From a virus (taxonomy: Duplodnaviria > Caudoviricetes): a DNA stretch of 64,000 nt. The notes below the pieces were generated by a model. It did not search any database. It was not told the origin of the DNA and worked only from the letters and a program-made list of their open reading frames with translations. The DNA is taken from positions 32,001 to 96,000 of IMG/VR virus record IMGVR_UViG_2904560550_000001, one strand, 5' to 3'. Positions 59,149 to 64,000 of this stretch are shown here, piece by piece; position 1 is the first letter of the stretch, and each line of letters starts with the position of its first letter. The translations under genes and the position numbers were made by a program.

Positions 59149-60626
59149 ACAACTTAGATTCTTATCCAAAGGAATTAGTTGAAAACAGGGGACAAATTGA
59201 AGGAAGCTTTATATTCTGTTTATGGAAAAACCCTGATTTGTATGAGGATTATAAAGACCACGTGAGGGCGGATAGAGATTTTCTAACAGAAGACGGGAAA
59301 TTTTATTACTCTCTAGGTTTAGAACTGAGCAACATGAATTATAAGAGCTTTGATGATGCGAGTGTTTTCAGCTACATAGAAGGTAAAGAAACATTAAAAA
59401 ATGGTTTTATTCGGCGAGGTGGAATGAAAACCATTGATGAACTCAAGCACGTATTAAACGATGAAAACGTTGATACATACTATGATGAGCTAATTAAATT
59501 TAACATGATACTTAAACTTCATGATAAGGGATTTAATGTTACGAACGAGCTTGATAAATTCAAAAAAATGACGAGTCAGCAATTGTACAGTTACTTTGAA
59601 TTTCAATTAGATAATGTTTTTCTAGGTCGAGGTTCAGGAGTTAAAATTGAAGATCTGGATTTGAATGAAGAGTTTGTCGAATCAATTGAAAACGGGGAAG
59701 AAATGGGATTAAGCTATTCAGCTGCATGTCCATTATTAAATTATCACACACTTGGACTTCATAAATCTAATGTTCAAATTTTTGCTGGATTTAGTGGGAC
59801 AGGAAAAACAAGTTTTTGTGTTTCTTCTTATATCATGTCAATTTTGGATCAGGGTGAAAAGGTAACAATTATCGCCAATGAAATGAATAAAAGGGCTTGG
59901 CAACATATTTTTATGGCAACAATTTTAAGTCATAAACTTGGTTATTATGGTTTGCCAAGAAAGAAACAAAAAATGGGCAACCTAAAGCATGAGCAAAAAG
60001 AAATGTTACAAAAGGCAATTGAATATTATGAGAAGCATTACAAGGGGCGTATCAAATTTGCCAAGATATACGATTACAGCATTAATGACGTAAAGAGAAT
60101 AATGAGAAGAATGGCAAAACAAGGCTTCGGTTATATGCTTTACGATACATTTAAAGCTGAAGATTCTGCTTCAACTAATGTAACAGGTGAGCTAATTGAA
60201 GCTTCAAAACAGTTATTACAAGTTGCGGAAAAAGAGGATATTTGTATCATCATTACAATGCAATTAGCCATCTATATGGAGAATACAAGATATCTAACAG
60301 CGTCTTGTTTATCAAATGCCAAAGCAGTTAAGGAGATTGTTTCCGAGTTAGTTCTAACAAGACCTTTATGGGAAGATGAATTCCCAGGAGGAAAATTCGA
60401 TGTTAAACCCTATAGATTCAAAAAAGACTCGTCGGGAAAATTTACAAACATTAAAGAAGAAATTCAGTTAGACCCAAATAAGAAGTATAGATTATTCTTT
60501 TTGAATAAGACACGGAATGACGAAGGCGATACAGTGTTGCTATACCAATTTGACGGTGCATGGAATAAATGGATTGAGCTCGGTTATTGTACTCCTAAAC
60601 ATCAGAGAACTACAGAGCGGACATGA
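59145..60626 (+). CDS. yorI: DnaB-like replicative helicase
   Basis: GFSGTGKT, NEM, YDT, MQL, KTRN. Confidence 0.88.
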   Translation: MNNLDSYPKELVENRGQIEGSFIFCLWKNPDLYEDYKDHVRADRDFLTEDGKFYYSLGLELSNMNYKSFDDASVFSYIEGKETLKNGFIRRGGMKTIDELKHVLNDENVDTYYDELIKFNMILKLHDKGFNVTNELDKFKKMTSQQLYSYFEFQLDNVFLGRGSGVKIEDLDLNEEFVESIENGEEMGLSYSAACPLLNYHTLGLHKSNVQIFAGFSGTGKTSFCVSSYIMSILDQGEKVTIIANEMNKRAWQHIFMATILSHKLGYYGLPRKKQKMGNLKHEQKEMLQKAIEYYEKHYKGRIKFAKIYDYSINDVKRIMRRMAKQGFGYMLYDTFKAEDSASTNVTGELIEASKQLLQVAEKEDICIIITMQLAIYMENTRYLTASCLSNAKAVKEIVSELVLTRPLWEDEFPGGKFDVKPYRFKKDSSGKFTNIKEEIQLDPNKKYRLFFLNKTRNDEGDTVLLYQFDGAWNKWIELGYCTPKHQRTTERT

Positions 60627-60647
60627 TTACCAAGGGACGGTGAAATC

Positions 60648-61664
60648 ATGGACGTATATGATCTTAAGAATCACATTATTGAAAAGCCAGATTACATAGA
60701 ACTTATTTTAGAAAAGACGGGGTTTTACAACGTTGATGAACGCGGAAATGAGTATAGATGTGCAAGAAAAAAAGGAAGAAATCCGACATCAGTAAAAGTA
60801 AATAAAACCACTTTAGGTGCAACCTGTTTTTCAACCAACTTAAAAGGTGACTTGATAACACTTGTTCAAAATAAATTGGGTTTATCTTTTCCCAAAACAA
60901 TCAAAAGGATATCTGAAATAGTTGATTATAAAAGTGAAGAAGAATATAAACCACCTGAGTTACCATTCGGAGGTTTTTATAAGAAGATAAGAAAACTAAG
61001 TAATCCAATGGATTTGGATCTAGAAACGTATTCCGATGACATTTTAGATCAATTTGAATCTGTTCCAAATAAGCTGTTTTATGAGGATGGAATATTACCT
61101 ATAACCCAATCTTTGTTCCAGGTTGGTTACGATAGTGTTTCCGGAAGAATAACGGTTCCATGGAAATCTCTTAGTGGTGAATTGTGTGGTGTAATGGGGC
61201 GTCTTAATAAGAAGGAAGTTAATGATGAGGAAACAAAATGGCTGCCTATTATTTCATTTCCTAAGTCCAAAACGCTATACGGGTTTGTTGAAAATTACGG
61301 TTCAATTAGAGAAAAGAGCATTGTTATGATCGGGGAATCGGAAAAACATTCAATGGCCTTAGCAAGTAAGGGATTGAATGTTGGAGTTTCTTTAGGCGGT
61401 AGCTTTTTAAGTGAAATTCAAGCAAATCACATAAAATCAATGTTTCCGAAAAAGTCATTAGTCATGATGGATGAAGGATTAGGTGAAGAACATAGCGTAG
61501 AAATTGCCAACAGCCTAAAGTTTGAAAATTTCTTTGAAAATGAAGTTGGGTACATATTTGATCGTGAAAACAAGTATCTGCCTAAGGGATCAAAAATGGC
61601 ACCAGCAGACCTTGATAAAAGCACTCTACACTGTCTAATTAGAGACTGTACAGTTTGGATATGA
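60648..61664 (+). CDS. yorJ: DNA primase (TOPRIM)
   Basis: GESE and MDEG TOPRIM-like motifs; follows the helicase. Confidence 0.75.
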   Translation: MDVYDLKNHIIEKPDYIELILEKTGFYNVDERGNEYRCARKKGRNPTSVKVNKTTLGATCFSTNLKGDLITLVQNKLGLSFPKTIKRISEIVDYKSEEEYKPPELPFGGFYKKIRKLSNPMDLDLETYSDDILDQFESVPNKLFYEDGILPITQSLFQVGYDSVSGRITVPWKSLSGELCGVMGRLNKKEVNDEETKWLPIISFPKSKTLYGFVENYGSIREKSIVMIGESEKHSMALASKGLNVGVSLGGSFLSEIQANHIKSMFPKKSLVMMDEGLGEEHSVEIANSLKFENFFENEVGYIFDRENKYLPKGSKMAPADLDKSTLHCLIRDCTVWI

Positions 61665-61679
61665 AAAGGAGATGATTGA

Positions 61680-62747
61680 TTGAAAGAAAAATTAAATGAA
61701 TTGAGACAACAAGGGAAAAACATTTATTCCTTTTCAAAGCTCGGAACCTTTAATAACTGTGAATATGAATACTACAATACATACGTTTTGAAAAAGAAAG
61801 GCATAGATAATATTTACACCCTTATGGGTTCTGAATTACATAACGGGATTGAACAGATTTATAAAAATGAATTAAACATTGGAGAATTTAAAAAGGGATT
61901 TGAAAATAGATTAATTGAATTAGAGCTGAATGGAGTCAACTTTCCGAGTGACTCAATCGGGGACAGCTGGAAAGCAGACATTGGTCATTTCCTAAACAAT
62001 TTTAATAAAATTGACAGCAAAATGGTTTTAGAGAAGCTGCTTGTATTTGAAATATCAGATGGAATATATCTTCAAGGATATGTAGATGCAATCCTGCCCA
62101 GTGAAAAAGGAAAACCGTACGTTAGTATTTATGACTGGAAGACATCAAGTAAGTTTGCCGGCAAGAAATTAAATGAAGCAGGAAGACAGTTATTGATGTA
62201 CAAGCTTGCGTTGGAGCAAACAACTGACTTAAAAGTAGATAAAATCCTATGGTTCATGGTGAAATACGTTTATGTATGTACCCAAGGAAAAACCAAAGTG
62301 AAAAAGAAAATGTGTAACAGGGGTAAGTGGGTAAAGGAAATACGAATGCAGCTAGAAAAAGAGATGCGCACTCTGGAATATGATGATTTCGAAATTGACC
62401 TGTTGTTAGATAATGCAGTAAAAGAAAATAGCATAGACTGCTTACCTGAAGAGATTAAAAATAAGTATTGGCTTGAAGATTGTTTAGTTGAATACGAAGT
62501 TACTGAAGAGAAAATTAATGAACTGAAAGAATATATTACTGATACTGTTAAAAAGATTGAAAATAAAGACCGCGAAGATGAAACCCAATGGGAACCAGTG
62601 AAAATAGATAAATACAATTCCTTTTATTGTAGTGTCTTATGTGGTCACCGAAAAACATGCAAGTTTTATAAGGATTTTTTAAATAAATCATCAAATAAAT
62701 TTAAGAAAAAGGATAAGACTGATTTGTTTGATAACCTATTTTCTTAG
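61680..62747 (+). CDS. PD-(D/E)XK nuclease, Cas4/AddB-like with Fe-S cysteines
   Basis: SFSK...C, GYVD, YDWKT, QLLMY, C-terminal C..LC..C. Confidence 0.8.
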   Translation: MKEKLNELRQQGKNIYSFSKLGTFNNCEYEYYNTYVLKKKGIDNIYTLMGSELHNGIEQIYKNELNIGEFKKGFENRLIELELNGVNFPSDSIGDSWKADIGHFLNNFNKIDSKMVLEKLLVFEISDGIYLQGYVDAILPSEKGKPYVSIYDWKTSSKFAGKKLNEAGRQLLMYKLALEQTTDLKVDKILWFMVKYVYVCTQGKTKVKKKMCNRGKWVKEIRMQLEKEMRTLEYDDFEIDLLLDNAVKENSIDCLPEEIKNKYWLEDCLVEYEVTEEKINELKEYITDTVKKIENKDREDETQWEPVKIDKYNSFYCSVLCGHRKTCKFYKDFLNKSSNKFKKKDKTDLFDNLFS

Positions 62748-62753
62748 GGGGTA

Positions 62754-64000
62754 ATGATGAGGAAGATATTCTATGACTTTGAAGTTTTTAAACATAACTG
62801 GATGGTTGTACTGATCGATTACGATACTAAAAAGGGTAAGGTTATTGTAGATGATGTTGATGAACTGAAACGATTCTATAAGATGTTTAAAGATGATATT
62901 TGGATTGGTTACAACTCTAGAATGTACGACCAATACATTTTAAAAGGAATTTTATTGGGAATGAACCCATATTTCATTAGTTCGAGAATCATTAATGATA
63001 ATGTAAAGGGATTTAATGTTGTTGGAAAAGGTTATAAAATCCCACTGAATAACTTTGACATAACAACCGGTTTCCATAGCTTAAAGCAGCTAGAAGGCTT
63101 TATGGGTTCAAGGATTAAAGAGTCATCAGTACCATTTGATATCTCAAGAGCATTAACAGAAAAAGAAATTAAGGAAGTAGTTGAGTACTGTATTCACGAT
63201 GTGAAACAAACAATTGAAGTGTTTGATAATAAAAAAGAGGAATTCGAAAGCCAATTGGCCCTAATTGAAGCCTTTGATTTGGAAATGTCTATGTTTACAA
63301 AGACAAAAGCCCAATTATCTGCATTTATCTTGGGGGCCGAAAAGCAAGGAAACAGGGGAGATGAGTTTGAACTTAGATTTCCTAATACATTAAAAATTGA
63401 AAAATACAAACACATTGTTGATTGGTATAGAAATCCTGAAAATCTAGATTATAAAAAAAATTTAAAGGTTGATGTTGCAGGTGTACCTCATATTTTTGCC
63501 TGGGGAGGCTTACATGGTGCATTACCAAAGTATAAAGATGAAGGGATAATTTTATGTTGTGATGTTGCATCTCTATACCCTTCAATCATGATTGAATATG
63601 ATTACATCAGTCGTAACGTGAAAAATCCTTTAAAATATACTGAAATCAGAGATACACGGTTAGAACTCAAACGGAAAAAAGATCCTAAACAAGCCCCCTA
63701 TAAGATCGTCCTAAACTCAACGTATGGAGCAATGAAAGATCAGTATAATCCACTTTACGACCCGTTAATGGCCAATAACGTATGTTTAGCCGGACAGCTG
63801 CTGTTATTAGATTTGATCGAGAAAATTGAACCGTATTGCAAACTGATTCAGTCAAATACTGATGGGTTGTTTATGAAAGTTGAAAAGGAATCTGATATTG
63901 ATTTAATTAAGGAAGTGGCAAAGGAGTGGGAAATCAGAACACGATTAGATTTAGAGTGGGATGTTTATGAGAAGATTTATCAGAAGGATGTAAACAACTA
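62754..64000 (+). CDS. Family B DNA polymerase, runs off the right edge of the window
   Basis: Exonuclease motifs YDFE, GYN...YD, YCIHDV; polymerase motifs DVASLYPS, KIVLNSTYG, NTDG. Confidence 0.9.
   Translation, partial: MMRKIFYDFEVFKHNWMVVLIDYDTKKGKVIVDDVDELKRFYKMFKDDIWIGYNSRMYDQYILKGILLGMNPYFISSRIINDNVKGFNVVGKGYKIPLNNFDITTGFHSLKQLEGFMGSRIKESSVPFDISRALTEKEIKEVVEYCIHDVKQTIEVFDNKKEEFESQLALIEAFDLEMSMFTKTKAQLSAFILGAEKQGNRGDEFELRFPNTLKIEKYKHIVDWYRNPENLDYKKNLKVDVAGVPHIFAWGGLHGALPKYKDEGIILCCDVASLYPSIMIEYDYISRNVKNPLKYTEIRDTRLELKRKKDPKQAPYKIVLNSTYGAMKDQYNPLYDPLMANNVCLAGQLLLLDLIEKIEPYCKLIQSNTDGLFMKVEKESDIDLIKEVAKEWEIRTRLDLEWDVYEKIYQKDVNN

Larger units (their letters stand above)
1..64000. mobile_element. 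SPbeta/phi3T-like temperate Bacillus phage (internal segment, both ends outside window)
   Basis: Gene order yonD-E-F-G-J-K-N-O-P, yonT, yonV, aimR-P-X, yopP-Q-R-S, ligB-yoqW, yoqZ-yorA, yorE-J follows SPbeta synteny. Confidence 0.97.

Noticed and set aside
56-63585. Short antisense or alternate-frame ORFs inside long genes (e.g. 1123, 2857, 4201, 10601, 17942, 33642, 51565, 57924, 62270, 63194)
   Set aside because: Shadow ORFs of well-supported genes with no RBS
1-64000. CRISPR array
   Set aside because: No regularly spaced 25-45 bp direct repeats; SPBRE and the junction motif are dispersed and short, and the Cas4-like nuclease sits in a replication operon

Overview
A 64 kb internal segment of an SPbeta/phi3T-like temperate Bacillus phage or prophage; no host genes or att sites are visible. 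Left arm (minus strand): head and packaging genes (yonD, portal, intein-containing terminase, yonG), yonJ/yonK, a ~1.65 kb ORF-poor region packed with stem-loops that includes a tRNA-like RNA, HU, and the single-subunit RNA polymerase YonO. Centre: a tubR/tubZ-like pair, a strand-skewed non-coding region, the yonT/yoyJ/SR6 toxin-antitoxin locus, YonV, and an accessory gene array. Then a phi3T-type arbitrium system (aimR, aimP encoding SAIRGA, MazE-like aimX, 6-25-6 operator) and the sro/yopP-yopQ-yopR operon. Right arm: a second accessory array and the replication module (helicase, primase, nuclease, family B polymerase). The best candidates for undescribed biology are (i) about 20 copies of a TAAAA-N6-TTT(T/C/A)A inverted-arm site placed at accessory-gene junctions, which suggests a recombinase-driven gene-cassette system and sits alongside YopP, a tyrosine recombinase with intact catalytic motifs, and (ii) the structured-RNA array with its oversized tRNA mimic. 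Gene names come from recognised motifs, sizes and remembered SPbeta synteny; no database searches were run.
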